From positions 114,694 to 146,693 of the forward strand of contig NC_001263.1 of NCBI RefSeq assembly GCF_000008565.1: a stretch of DNA of 32,000 bases, written 5' to 3'. The stretch's first letter is position 1, and every line of letters starts with the position of its first letter. Source of the stretch: Deinococcus radiodurans R1 = ATCC 13939 = DSM 20539. GTDB taxonomy: Bacteria > Deinococcota > Deinococci > Deinococcales > Deinococcaceae. Made by a program: the position numbers and the translations under genes. The notes beneath the pieces are model-generated. The model saw nothing but the letters and a program-made list of their open reading frames with translations, had not been told where the DNA came from and made no database searches. Positions 10,832 to 22,060 of this stretch are shown in pieces.

Positions 10832-11464
10832 TCAGCCCTTGCGGCTGACGACCACCCGCGCCGGACGCACCAGCCGGTCGCCCATCTTGAAGCCGAGCTG
10901 GTAGGTCTGCACAATTTTTTCGTCTTCGTCACCAGCAACGACCTGAATGGCTTCGTGCCATTGCGGGTCGAATTGTTCGCCTTCGCGCCCGGTGGCTTCC
11001 AGGCCCAGCGTGCCGAAGATGGTCAGCACCTTGTTTTGCACGGCCTGCATGCCAGGCACCAGCTTGGCGGCGTCGTCCACGCTCAGGCTCAGGGCGCGGT
11101 CGATGTCGTCGTAGACGGGCATCAGGGCTTCGGCGGCCTTGCTCACGCCCTTGTCGTGGGCTTCGGCGGACTCGATGGTGGTGCGGTTGCGGTAACCCTC
11201 GAAGTCGGAGGCGAGGCGGCCCAGCCGGTTTTTCAGGTCGGCGTTTTCCTTTTCCAGCTCGTCCACGCGCTCGAGCTTCGCCATCATTTCCTGCACCTGC
11301 CCGAACATGTTTTCGTCCATTTCGGGGAAGCCTTCGGGCATCTCGAAATCGGCGTCGGTTTCGTCGCCCGCGCGCAGCTCGGTGTCGTCGGCGGCAAACT
11401 TGATGTTCTCGGCGTTGTCGGCTTCGGTGTCCGGCTGGTTGTTCTTTTTCTGGTCGTCACTCAT
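10832..11464 (-). CDS. grpE: Nucleotide exchange factor GrpE
   Basis: Acidic N-terminus, a coiled coil (ELEKENADLKNRLGRLASDFEGYRNR) and a GrpE C-terminal beta domain. I chose the ATG at 11464, which is preceded by GGAAGGA. Confidence 0.92.
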   Translation of the reverse strand: MSDDQKKNNQPDTEADNAENIKFAADDTELRAGDETDADFEMPEGFPEMDENMFGQVQEMMAKLERVDELEKENADLKNRLGRLASDFEGYRNRTTIESAEAHDKGVSKAAEALMPVYDDIDRALSLSVDDAAKLVPGMQAVQNKVLTIFGTLGLEATGREGEQFDPQWHEAIQVVAGDEDEKIVQTYQLGFKMGDRLVRPARVVVSRKG

Positions 11465-11523
11465 GTCTTTTTTCCTTCCAAACGGGTTGGTGAACATGCC
11501 CCCAGCTTAGGGGTTAAGGCAAA

Positions 11524-11555
11524 GGGAGAGGGGGCGCAGGTGGCCTTCCTCTCCC
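11524..11555 (-). promoter_or_regulatory. Stem-loop in the dnaK-grpE spacer (possible partial terminator or processing site)
   Basis: GGGAGAGG (11524-11531) / CCTCTCCC (11548-11555) with a 16-nt loop. On the minus transcript only a weak TTTGCC tract follows. Confidence 0.35.
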
Positions 11556-11578
11556 CAGCGGGTGCTTGAGAACTTGCT

Positions 11579-13465
<1,887 letters not shown>

Positions 13466-13528
13466 GTGTTGACTCCTTGGGAAAGAGGGATTTGCAGCCC
13501 CTTAGGGCAGCAGTCTTGAACTGCAAGT

Positions 13529-13557
13529 ATCATACGACTACAATCCCCCAGAGTCAA
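13529..13557 (-). promoter_or_regulatory. Sigma-70-type promoter for dnaK
   Basis: On the minus strand: TTGACT (13552-13557), a 17-nt spacer, then TATGAT (13529-13534), about 64 nt upstream of the dnaK ATG. Confidence 0.6.
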
Positions 13558-13561
13558 TAGA

Positions 13562-13582
13562 CTTGAGTGTATTAGACTCAAG
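13562..13582. promoter_or_regulatory. HAIR operator (HspR-associated inverted repeat)
   Basis: CTTGAGT-GTATTAG-ACTCAAG is an exact match to the published HAIR consensus CTTGAGT-N7-ACTCAAG. It sits immediately upstream of the -35 element. Confidence 0.8.
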
Positions 13583-13620
13583 TTTGCTGGCAACATCAAG
13601 AAAAGCTGAAGACTGAGGGT

Positions 13621-14787
13621 TTAGGCCGTCTCTGCCGCATCCACTTCCATAAACTCTCTGACGATACGGTTGAGCACCCACCAGCCCTGGGCAGTCGCCC
13701 GCAGGTTCGTTCCGCTGTGTTCGAGCAGGCCCAGCCGCACCTGCCGTTCGATGACCAGGCCGTAACGCCCCGCCACGTCCACCCCGCTGCGGCGCGTGAG
13801 GTCGGCGAGGTCGAGGCCCCTGCGCAATCGCAGCCCCATGAACAGGGCGTCGGTGACGTACTCGTGCGGGTCGACGAGCAAGGTCTCGCCTTGCTGCCCG
13901 ACCAGCCAGTCGTGGAGGTGCGGATTGGTGCGCCGCAGGGTGAGAGCGTCGGCTCCCGGCGTGGGCACGGGGTAGTGCCCGGCGGCCCCCGGCCCCAGCC
14001 CCAGATAGGTTTTGCCCTGCCAGTAGGAGAGGTTGTGGCGCGACTCCTGACCGGCGCGGGCGTAGTTGCTGACCTCGTAGCGGGAAAAGCCGTGCCCGGC
14101 GAGCAGTTCCTCGGTGCGTTCGAAGCCCTCGCGCTCGGCGTCCTCGTCCACCTGTACGCCCCGGCGGGCGAACTCGGTGCCGGGCTCGATGGTCAGGGTG
14201 TAGGCGCTGACGTGCCCCACGCCGAGCTCGACGAGGCCGTGAATGTCGCTGTCGAGCGGTTGCCCCGGCACCGCCGTAATCAGGTCGCCGCTCACCCGGA
14301 AGTCCTGCGCGATGAGCCGGGACACGGCGTCCCGCGCCTGCCGGGCGTCGTGGCGGCGGCCCAGAAATTTCAGCGTGGCGTCGTCGAGGCTCTGCACGCC
14401 CACCGAGGCGCGGTCGAAGCCGAGCGAACGCCAGAGGGCGGCCCGCTCTGTGCTGACGGTGCCAGGGTTGATTTCCAGCGTGTTTTCCGCCCGGCCCCAG
14501 CCGAGGTGCCGCTGCACGCTTTCCACCAGCGCCCGCAGCTCGTGGTCGCGCAGAAAACTGGGGGTGCCGCCGCCGAGGTAGACGGTGTCGAGGTCCACCG
14601 CGTAGGCCGCCGCCAGCTCCGCCGCTTCCTGCTCGAGCCGTTCTAGATAGCGCTCGACCAGCCCGGCTTGCCGCGTCAGCACATGGAAATCGCAGTAGGG
14701 GCAGATGCTGGGGCAAAACGGCACGTGTACGTACAGGTGCCGCACCACCGGGTCGAGCTGGGTCGGCGCAGGCGCAGAGAAAGTCAC
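13621..14787 (-). CDS. hemW: Radical SAM heme chaperone HemW / oxygen-independent coproporphyrinogen-III oxidase-like protein
   Basis: 388 aa. [17 protein letters not shown] (CxxxCxxC), a GGGTPS motif and a HemN_C-like tail. Confidence 0.9.
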   Translation of the reverse strand: MTFSAPAPTQLDPVVRHLYVHVPFCPSICPYCDFHVLTRQAGLVERYLERLEQEAAELAAAYAVDLDTVYLGGGTPSFLRDHELRALVESVQRHLGWGRAENTLEINPGTVSTERAALWRSLGFDRASVGVQSLDDATLKFLGRRHDARQARDAVSRLIAQDFRVSGDLITAVPGQPLDSDIHGLVELGVGHVSAYTLTIEPGTEFARRGVQVDEDAEREGFERTEELLAGHGFSRYEVSNYARAGQESRHNLSYWQGKTYLGLGPGAAGHYPVPTPGADALTLRRTNPHLHDWLVGQQGETLLVDPHEYVTDALFMGLRLRRGLDLADLTRRSGVDVAGRYGLVIERQVRLGLLEHSGTNLRATAQGWWVLNRIVREFMEVDAAETA

Positions 14788-14836
14788 GGCGGGCAGTGTA
14801 GAGGCTCAGACCGACGCAGCTCTGGTCAGACGGCAC

Positions 14837-14868
14837 AAAAAACTCCCCCGCCATTATCAGCAGGGGAG
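14837..14868 (-). terminator. Rho-independent terminator downstream of the E3-binding-domain gene
   Basis: Stem CTCCCC (14843-14848) / GGGGAG (14863-14868). The A6 run on the plus strand gives a U-tract on the minus transcript. Confidence 0.7.
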
Positions 14869-14883
14869 TAGAGGTCGGGACAC

Positions 14884-16536
14884 TCAGACGAGCAGAATGA
14901 CCGGCTTTTCCAGCGTCTGTGCCACGTTCGCCAGGAAGCGGGCGGCCTTTTCGGGATCCACGTCGCCTTGCAGGCTCAGGGCGGCGCGGCCATCCTGCAC
15001 GCGGCCCACACTCAGGGTCAGGGTGTCGGGGTAGTGCAGGTCGTCCATGTCGAGCGCCCCGGCGTCCACCACCAGCAGGTCGGGCGTGCCGCCGAAGTCC
15101 TGGTCGGTGACCAGCAGAGCGTCGCGCAGGCTCACGCTGCTGCCGACTTCGCCGCCCATCTGCCGGGTCAGGCCCCGGTCCATGTCACGCATGGCGACGC
15201 TGCCGAGGCCCAGGCCAGCCGCGTGGCGCTGCGCGGCGCGGGCGACCAGCAGCGCGAGCGGCACTTCGCGTTCGAGCGCCTCGCTGAGTTGCTGGCGCAG
15301 GTCGTGGAGCTGGGCCACCTGAGCCTCGCGCCGCAGGTAGGTGCCGAACCACACGGCGTCGCGCGGCGTGGCGGGGGCCGCCGCGGGCGCTGTCTCGGTC
15401 TGAGGAGCGGCGATAGGTGCTGGCTGCACTTCGGGCGTCTGCTCAGTGGGAGCGGGGGCGGTGGGAGCCGTCGTCTCCTGAACCGGCGCGGGCTCGCTCG
15501 ACACCGACTCACTGGAGACTGCCTTGCTGGGCACCGCGTCGGCCACGACCTCTTCCGGCTGCTCTTGGGTCGCGGGCGCGTCGAAGCGCGAAGCTTCGGG
15601 CACAGCCGGGACGCTGAACTGAGGCGCCGGGGTGGGAGCGGGCGTGGCCTGTTCGGGGGTCAGCTCGTCCACGTCCACCTGCGCGGTCATCAGCGCCGTG
15701 GGGGCGGGGAGCACCGGTTCGCGGCTGCTGGCGAGCGGTGCCTGCGGCGCTTCGTCGCGCAGTTCCACCGGGGGCACGTTGAAAGGCGAGGTGGGCGCCG
15801 GGGGCGTCACTGGCTCGCTGTTGAAGCCGCCCAGGCCAGCGCTGCTCGGCTGGCTGCCGAAGCTGCTGGGGGTGGGGCTGCTGGGCTGGGGTTCGGGCGT
15901 CGCCGGGGTCGCGGGCCGGTCGCTGTCTTTCTGGTACAGGCGCGAAAGCAGGCTGCCAAGCCCGCCGGAAGCCGGGGCAGCGGGGGCCGCAGCGGCAGGG
16001 GTCGGGACCGCCGGGATTTCCGGGAGGTGAGGCTCCGGCAGGTGGGTTTCCTGAATGCGGTTCACCGGGCCGGGGCTCACGGGCACGGGGTCGGTCGGGA
16101 CGGGGCCGGAAGCGAAGGTCGGCGCGGCGGGCGTCACCGGCGGAATGTCGAAGGGCGAGGAGGACGCCGGCGCGGCGGGGGGCGCGAGGAGCTGGTCGTC
16201 CTGGTCGTCGTCGAGTTCGAAGTCGTCCTGGCTCAAGGTGGGGGCGGCGGGGCGCGACTGCTGCACGAAGTCGGCAATATCGCTCTCGACCCCGGCCTGG
16301 CTGAGCATCTGGGCGTCGAACATGCCGCCGCCGGGCAGGTCTTCGCCGGTCCAGTCGGGCGGCGGCGCGTCGACCGGCGTCGAAGGTGGCTCGGCCTCGC
16401 CACTCATGACCCGCGACAGGTAGTCGAGGATGTCTTGCTCGACAATCATGCCTCCGGCACCCGTGCCGTTGAGCTGCTGCCATTCGATACCGTTCGCTTC
16501 AGCCAGAATCTTGGCCAGCGGCGCAATCCGTTCCAT
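14884..16536 (-). CDS. E3-binding (PSBD) domain protein with a long Pro/Ala/Thr-rich linker and a degenerate E2 acyltransferase-like C-terminus
   Basis: N-terminus: RIAPLAKILAEANGIEWQQLNGTGAGGMIVEQDILDYL (peripheral subunit-binding domain pattern). About 330 aa of low-complexity P/A/T/S sequence follow. The C-terminal ~170 aa resemble a 2-oxoacid dehydrogenase catalytic domain, but LSLQGDVDPEKAARFL replaces ...DHRxxDG... There is no lipoyl domain. Confidence 0.75.
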   Translation of the reverse strand: MERIAPLAKILAEANGIEWQQLNGTGAGGMIVEQDILDYLSRVMSGEAEPPSTPVDAPPPDWTGEDLPGGGMFDAQMLSQAGVESDIADFVQQSRPAAPTLSQDDFELDDDQDDQLLAPPAAPASSSPFDIPPVTPAAPTFASGPVPTDPVPVSPGPVNRIQETHLPEPHLPEIPAVPTPAAAAPAAPASGGLGSLLSRLYQKDSDRPATPATPEPQPSSPTPSSFGSQPSSAGLGGFNSEPVTPPAPTSPFNVPPVELRDEAPQAPLASSREPVLPAPTALMTAQVDVDELTPEQATPAPTPAPQFSVPAVPEASRFDAPATQEQPEEVVADAVPSKAVSSESVSSEPAPVQETTAPTAPAPTEQTPEVQPAPIAAPQTETAPAAAPATPRDAVWFGTYLRREAQVAQLHDLRQQLSEALEREVPLALLVARAAQRHAAGLGLGSVAMRDMDRGLTRQMGGEVGSSVSLRDALLVTDQDFGGTPDLLVVDAGALDMDDLHYPDTLTLSVGRVQDGRAALSLQGDVDPEKAARFLANVAQTLEKPVILLV

Positions 16537-16698
16537 TATGTTCCCCCTTTGGAGCCATTGTAGAGATGAAGGCTGTTTTCCGGCTGCGGCACACCGGACA
16601 CGGAACGCGGCAGCAGGAAGTCATCGTCTCACAGCGTGACGGGACGGCTCTGACAGCGTTCTTTCAGGTGCCCATCTCCTGACGGTTTTGCGCCCCGC

Positions 16699-17499
16699 TC
16701 AGTGAATGACGACCTTGCTCGGGTCGTAGTCGATGGCCGGAAACTGCGGATTCATGTCCTTGAGCGCGCCGAGCAGAATGTGGCTGAGCACCAGGTCGCG
16801 GTACCACTTGCGGTCGGCGGGCACGACGTACCACGGCGCGTCGTCGGTGCTGGTCGTCAGGGCGTCCTCGTAGACATCGTTGAATTTGTCCCAGTTGCTC
16901 CGGTCTTTGAGGTCGCCGGGGTTGAATTTCCAGTGCTTGCCGGGGTTGTCGAGCCGCGCCTGCAACCGCTCCTTTTGCTCCTCCGGGCTGATGTGGAGGT
17001 AGACCTTGACGATGCGGGTGGCGTTGTCGGTGAGCAGTTCCTCGAAGTGGCGGATGTGCTCCAGCCGCCGCTTGGCCGTCTTGTCGTCGATCATGTCGTA
17101 GACGCGGGTGACGAGCACGTCCTCGTACTGGCTGCGGTTGAAGACGCCGACATAGCCCTTGGCGGGCGCTTTCTGGTGGATGCGCCACAGGAAATCGTGG
17201 CTGAGTTCCTCGGCGCTGGGCTGCTTGAAGCTGGTGATCTGCACGCCCGCTGGGTTGAAGGCGCCGATGACCTTTTTGACGGCCCCGTCCTTGCCCGCCG
17301 CGTCGCGCGCTTGCAAGATGAGCAGCAGCGACTGCTTGCCCTCGGCGTAGAGCCGCTCCTGCCACTCGGCAAGCTCGCCGGCAAGTTTGGCGGTCTGCGC
17401 CTGCCCTTCTTCCTTGGACAGACCGGCGTCGTCGTTCGTCGCCCAGTCGCTGAGTTTGACCCGTTTGCCGGGCTTGACGCGGTAGTTGTCAATGTCCAT
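16699..17499 (-). CDS. ppk2: Polyphosphate kinase 2 family (polyphosphate:nucleotide phosphotransferase)
   Basis: I chose the ATG at 17499 (MDIDNYRVKPGKRV...). Walker-A-like QARDAAGKDG and the FNRSQYEDV lid region are present. The 55-aa upstream extension in the ORF track is Arg/Pro-rich and implausible. Confidence 0.9.
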   Translation of the reverse strand: MDIDNYRVKPGKRVKLSDWATNDDAGLSKEEGQAQTAKLAGELAEWQERLYAEGKQSLLLILQARDAAGKDGAVKKVIGAFNPAGVQITSFKQPSAEELSHDFLWRIHQKAPAKGYVGVFNRSQYEDVLVTRVYDMIDDKTAKRRLEHIRHFEELLTDNATRIVKVYLHISPEEQKERLQARLDNPGKHWKFNPGDLKDRSNWDKFNDVYEDALTTSTDDAPWYVVPADRKWYRDLVLSHILLGALKDMNPQFPAIDYDPSKVVIH

Positions 17500-17594
17500 G
17501 TGGGCGAGTGTAGTGGGCGAGGGCCGCCGCGCGCCTAAAAGGAGCCTTGAGCGTGCCCGTTCGTGTGCCCTGCTGAGCCGGTTCCCTGGGCTGT

Positions 17595-18485
17595 TTGGCC
17601 GATGCGCCGCAGTGGAAAGGCGGCTACGCTCGTCGGGTGCTGCCCGCCGCCTCTGAACACTCACACTGGCCTCCCCCTGACCTCGAACTGCTCACCGACG
17701 TGCCGTTCAGCACACATGGCCTCGCGCTGGACGTGCTGCGGCCCCGTGCGCGGGCGACGGAGCCGGTGCCCGCCATCCTTCACTTTCATGGCGGGGGCTG
17801 GGTCAAGTTCGGCAAATGGCCGGTCGCCAACACGTTTCTCGCCCGCGCCGGCTTCGTGACGGTCAGCGCCGATTATCGCCTCGCGCCGGGGGCGACCTTT
17901 CCCGCACAGCTTCACGACGTGAAAACGGCGGTGCGCTTTGTACGGGCACATGCGGCAGAGTTGGGGATAGATCCGCAGCGTATCGGCGCCTGGGGCGTGA
18001 GCGCGGGCGCGCATCTGGCGGCGCTGCTCGGCACGGTGAGCGGCGAGGAAGGCCCAGATGGCGGCTGGTCTAGCGGTGGCTGGCCCGGCGAGTCCTCGGC
18101 GGTGCAGGCGGTGGGAAGCGTGTGTGGGCCGCTGGATTTCTTCGACCCGGCCTGGAATTTTGGTCCGGAGCCGTTCGAGTTGCTCGGCGGGCCGTTTCAC
18201 GAGCGGTTGGCGCTGGCCCGCGCCGCGAGTCCGCTGGAACACGTCACGCCGGACGCGCCGCCCTTTTGCCTGCTGCACGGCATTGCCGACGACGAGGTGC
18301 CCGTCTCGCAGTCGCGGCGAATGCACGCGGCGCTGCAACTGATGGAGGGGCGGGCGGCGGGCGTGCTGAGCGAATTGACCGAGCTGGACGGCGGCCACTA
18401 CATCAATGACACCCATCAGGCAGAAGTCGAAGCGCGGCTGCTTGCCTTTTTTCAGCGGACGCTGAGCTTTTCTCCCTGCTGCTGA
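17595..18485 (+). CDS. Alpha/beta hydrolase (esterase/lipase, HGGG type)
   Basis: HFHGGGW oxyanion motif, GVSAGAH nucleophile elbow, and a late Asp and His (ELDGGHY). The TTG start is uncertain. Confidence 0.8.
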   Translation: MADAPQWKGGYARRVLPAASEHSHWPPPDLELLTDVPFSTHGLALDVLRPRARATEPVPAILHFHGGGWVKFGKWPVANTFLARAGFVTVSADYRLAPGATFPAQLHDVKTAVRFVRAHAAELGIDPQRIGAWGVSAGAHLAALLGTVSGEEGPDGGWSSGGWPGESSAVQAVGSVCGPLDFFDPAWNFGPEPFELLGGPFHERLALARAASPLEHVTPDAPPFCLLHGIADDEVPVSQSRRMHAALQLMEGRAAGVLSELTELDGGHYINDTHQAEVEARLLAFFQRTLSFSPCC

Positions 18486-18497
18486 TAGCTTGGGAAC

Positions 18498-19037
18498 ATG
18501 CCTGTGGTCGTATCGGTCAGCCGGGACCGTGAACATCGGTTCAGCAAGGCGAGGGCCGACCGCCTCAAGCTGCTCGCGGGCCTGGGGGTCGAGGGGGACG
18601 CGCACGCGGGCGTCACGGTTCAGCACCGGTCGCGGGTCAGGCAGGACCCGACCCAGCCCAATCTGCGGCAGGTTCACCTCATTCATGCCGAGTTGCTCGA
18701 CGAATGCCGCGCCGAGGGCTTCGAGGTGCAGCCGGGCGACCTGGGTGAAAATGTCCTGACGCGGGGGGTGGACCTGCTGGCGCTGCCGCGCGGCACGCGC
18801 CTGCACCTGGGGCCGCAGGCCGTGGTCGAGGTAACCGGGCTCCGCAACCCCTGCGCGCAGATTGACGCCTTCATGCCGGGGCTGCTGCGCGTCATGGTTC
18901 AGCCGCGCCCCGGCGGCCCACCGGCTCTGCGCTGCGGCGTGATGGGCATTGTCCTGGCGGGCGGTGAGGTTCGCGTGGGTGACGACATCAGGGCGGAGTG
19001 GCCCGCAGCGCCTTATCACCATCTAGAAAGGGTTTGA
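18498..19037 (+). CDS. MOSC domain-containing protein
   Basis: 179 aa. GLGVEGDAHAG...QVHLIHAELLDE...GDLGENVLTRGVDLLALP...VTGLRNPCAQID, including the conserved Cys. Confidence 0.85.
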   Translation: MPVVVSVSRDREHRFSKARADRLKLLAGLGVEGDAHAGVTVQHRSRVRQDPTQPNLRQVHLIHAELLDECRAEGFEVQPGDLGENVLTRGVDLLALPRGTRLHLGPQAVVEVTGLRNPCAQIDAFMPGLLRVMVQPRPGGPPALRCGVMGIVLAGGEVRVGDDIRAEWPAAPYHHLERV

Positions 19038-19072
19038 GCGGCGGCCCTTCCGACTGACCTACACTCGCCCGC

Positions 19073-20050
19073 ATGTCCGCCTCTGCGCCTGCCTCGCCGC
19101 TGAATGCCCGCAGCCTGGGGCTGGCGCTGCTGATTACCCTGATCTGGGGCGTGAATTTCGTGGTCATCAAGTGGTCGGTGGCGGGGGCGTCGCCGCTGCT
19201 GGTCGCCGCGCTGCGCTTCCTGCTGGCCGCGTTTCCGGCGGTGCTTTTCGTGCCGCGCCCCACCATCGCGCCCCGGCTGCTGTGGGGGTACGGCCTCGCG
19301 GTGGGCGTGATGCAGTTCGGGCTGCTCTACCTCGCCATTCAGCTCGGCATGAGCGCGGGCATGGGCAGCCTGCTGATGCAGACGCAGGCGTTTTTCACGG
19401 CGCTGCTCGCTGCCCGTTTTTTCGGGGAAAAAGTGATGCCCTGGCAGGCCGCCGGTATCACGCTGGCCTTCGGCGGCATGGCACTGATCGGACTGACGGC
19501 GGGCCACGACGTGCCGTTTTTTCCGCTGCTGCTGACCCTCACGGCGGCGCTCGGTTGGGCCATCAGCAACCTCGTCGTGAAGGCCTCGCCGCAGGCCAAC
19601 GGCTTCGGGCTGGTGGTGTGGAGTGCGCTGATTCCGCCTATTCCGCTGGCGTTGCTCGCCGGGCTGACCGCCGGGTGGGGGCCGGTCATGCAGACCCTCA
19701 CCCACAGCGACTGGAAGTTCTGGGCCGCCGTGCTGTTCATGGGCCTGGGCAACACGGTGCTGGGGTTCGGCATCTGGTCGGGCCTGATTCAGCGGCATGG
19801 GGCGTCCCGCGTCGCGCCGCTCTCGCTGCTGGTCCCCGTATTCGGCACGCTGGCGAGCGCGCTGGCCTTCCACGAAGGCTTTCCGCCCGGCAAGGTGCTC
19901 GGCGCAGCGCTGATTGCCGCGGGGCTGGTGCTGCATGTATTCGGGGGACGGTGGTGGCGGGGAGCGGCCTCCCAGGGCTTGGGCAGGGCGCAGGCGGAGG
20001 GCCGCGAAACCTATCCGCCTGACAATGCCGATGGCTTGGAAGACCGCTGA
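19073..20050 (+). CDS. EamA/DMT family transporter
   Basis: 325 aa with about 10 predicted TM helices and two EamA-like halves (LLITLIWGVNFVVIK...; ALGWAISNLVVK...). Confidence 0.85.
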   Translation: MSASAPASPLNARSLGLALLITLIWGVNFVVIKWSVAGASPLLVAALRFLLAAFPAVLFVPRPTIAPRLLWGYGLAVGVMQFGLLYLAIQLGMSAGMGSLLMQTQAFFTALLAARFFGEKVMPWQAAGITLAFGGMALIGLTAGHDVPFFPLLLTLTAALGWAISNLVVKASPQANGFGLVVWSALIPPIPLALLAGLTAGWGPVMQTLTHSDWKFWAAVLFMGLGNTVLGFGIWSGLIQRHGASRVAPLSLLVPVFGTLASALAFHEGFPPGKVLGAALIAAGLVLHVFGGRWWRGAASQGLGRAQAEGRETYPPDNADGLEDR

Positions 20051-20053
20051 GCC

Positions 20054-20407
<354 letters not shown>

Positions 20408-20421
20408 GCCCGCATGTTGAC

Positions 20422-20445
20422 AAAAAAACCGCCCCACGGTGGGGC
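20422..20445 (-). terminator. Rho-independent terminator downstream of the nuclease-like gene
   Basis: Stem GCCCCA (20431-20436) / TGGGGC (20440-20445). The A7 run on the plus strand gives a U-tract on the minus transcript. Confidence 0.6.
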
Positions 20446-20473
20446 AAAGATCGGATGCCCCAGAGACTGAGCC

Positions 20474-21520
20474 TCACTCCGCTGAGGTTTCTCTTGGCGG
20501 CCTATAAAACTGTGCCGAGCGCCCCTGGGCGTCTTTCCAGACATCCCAGCCGGGTTCCGAGCCACCAGAGATGTCACTGGCGGCAGAACTCGGTGCTTTG
20601 TGGCTGACATCCTTCTCGAAGGTCAGGATTGTTCCATCGTCTTTTAAAGTCCCATCCAGCAAATACTGTTCTCGCCTCTTGGCTGTCGCCTTGGCATAGG
20701 GAGCTATCTCTCGCCGGGCTGTACTGCCTGCTTTCAGTATCCAGAGTCCGGTGATGCGGTGATAAGTGGCTGTCGCCTGAGCTGGCCCGCTGTTGAAATA
20801 GAAAACGATTTCGTCCGAATCGGCGCGAGGCACTGGAAGACTCTCCGTTGGCGCCAGCAATACGTCCCGCTCCGCTTCCGTGATAAGGCCCACTCTGCTG
20901 GCAATGTCGGCGGCCTCCTCAAAGGAGATTTTGTGCTTGTATCTCGCCTGCTCCGCTTCGACAAGGGGGCGCTTTTCGCGGCGAATGCGTTCCTCGTCCC
21001 GCCGCCTTTCCTGACGCTGAGCGACTGTCTTGAGGGCCGCTTCGAACCTGTCCTTTTCCCAGATTTGGGGGTCGAGCAGCGTCGCCAAGTCCTCGCCAAA
21101 AGTGTGGCCCTCTTGCCCCATTTCGGTTTTGAGGGCCACTCTCGCTTCCCAGTCGCCCCCGCGCCGCTCGTCCAGCACCACCCAGACCCGCCCATTGGTC
21201 ACGATGGCCCAGCGCGTGCCGACGCTGACGGCATAGTTGAGCGCCTGCTGATAGTCGCGGGCTTGTAGGGTCGCGCCCATGCCCTTGAGTTCGAGAGCGA
21301 ACACGCCCGCCCCTCGCCGCACCAGAAAGTCGGCCCGGCTGCCCGTGACATTGGTTTCCTCCGGATGAACCTCGTCAGGATTCCAGATGTCAAAACCGGC
21401 TGCCAGCAAGAGGCGCAGGACGATGCACTGCCGAACGACAGCTTCGCCCGGTGGGTCATCCAGCCACCCCTGGATGGCTTGCACAGCACTTTGTACAGAT
21501 TCTGTGGGCATTGACCAGAA
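20474..21520 (-). CDS. HsdR_N/PD-(D/E)xK-like nuclease domain fused to a DUF4357-like C-terminal domain
   Basis: I placed the start at the ATG at 21520 (MPTESVQSAV...). N-terminus: PEETNVTGSRADFLVRRGAGVFALELKG (E..D..ELK). The middle is a charged coiled region. C-terminus: ILKAGSTARREI...FEKDVSHKAPSSAASDISGGSEPGWDVWKDAQG, a DUF4357-like pattern. GC and GC3 are visibly lower than in the flanking genes. Confidence 0.7.
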   Translation of the reverse strand, partial: FWSMPTESVQSAVQAIQGWLDDPPGEAVVRQCIVLRLLLAAGFDIWNPDEVHPEETNVTGSRADFLVRRGAGVFALELKGMGATLQARDYQQALNYAVSVGTRWAIVTNGRVWVVLDERRGGDWEARVALKTEMGQEGHTFGEDLATLLDPQIWEKDRFEAALKTVAQRQERRRDEERIRREKRPLVEAEQARYKHKISFEEAADIASRVGLITEAERDVLLAPTESLPVPRADSDEIVFYFNSGPAQATATYHRITGLWILKAGSTARREIAPYAKATAKRREQYLLDGTLKDDGTILTFEKDVSHKAPSSAASDISGGSEPGWDVWKDAQGRSAQFYRPPRETSAE

Positions 21521-21565
21521 GTATATGTTTGTGGAACCCGCCCCCCTCTCACCGCGTATTCCCTG

Positions 21566-22045
21566 GTGATGAACGGACAGACCCCCACCCAGCTGCGGCC
21601 CCTGGCCTCCGGCCTGTCGCCGGACGAGCGTTCGGGCGCTTATCTGCTGCACCTCTCGCCGCTGCTGGGGCTGCTGCTGCCGAGCATCGGGCACCTGTTG
21701 GGGCCGGTGGCGGCGTGGTGGATGCTGAAATCTTCGCCCGCCCTCGACGCCCAGGGCAAAGAAGTCGTCAACTTTCAACTGACGGCGACCGTGATTTCCC
21801 TGCTGCTGAGTGTGCTGGCCTTCGTCCTGATCGGGGCCGGAATGCTGGGCGGGCTGGCGGGCATCGTCGCGCCGCTGGCAGGGATGCTGTCCATGTTCGG
21901 CGCGGTGGGGGCCTTATTCGCCATTCTGCTGCCGCTGTCGCTGCTGCTCTCGGTCTATCCCCTGGTGTGCATGGTGCTGGGCCTGATGCGGGCCAGCGAG
22001 GGTCAGCTCTACCGCTACCCGCTGACGATCCGGTTTCTGAGTTGA
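21566..22045 (+). CDS. DUF4870-family membrane protein
   Basis: 159 aa. ERSGAYLLHLSPLLGLLLPSIGHLLGPVAAWWMLK...QGKEVVNFQLT, with 3-4 TM helices. Confidence 0.75.
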   Translation: MMNGQTPTQLRPLASGLSPDERSGAYLLHLSPLLGLLLPSIGHLLGPVAAWWMLKSSPALDAQGKEVVNFQLTATVISLLLSVLAFVLIGAGMLGGLAGIVAPLAGMLSMFGAVGALFAILLPLSLLLSVYPLVCMVLGLMRASEGQLYRYPLTIRFLS

Positions 22046-22060
22046 GAGAGGAGGGACAAA

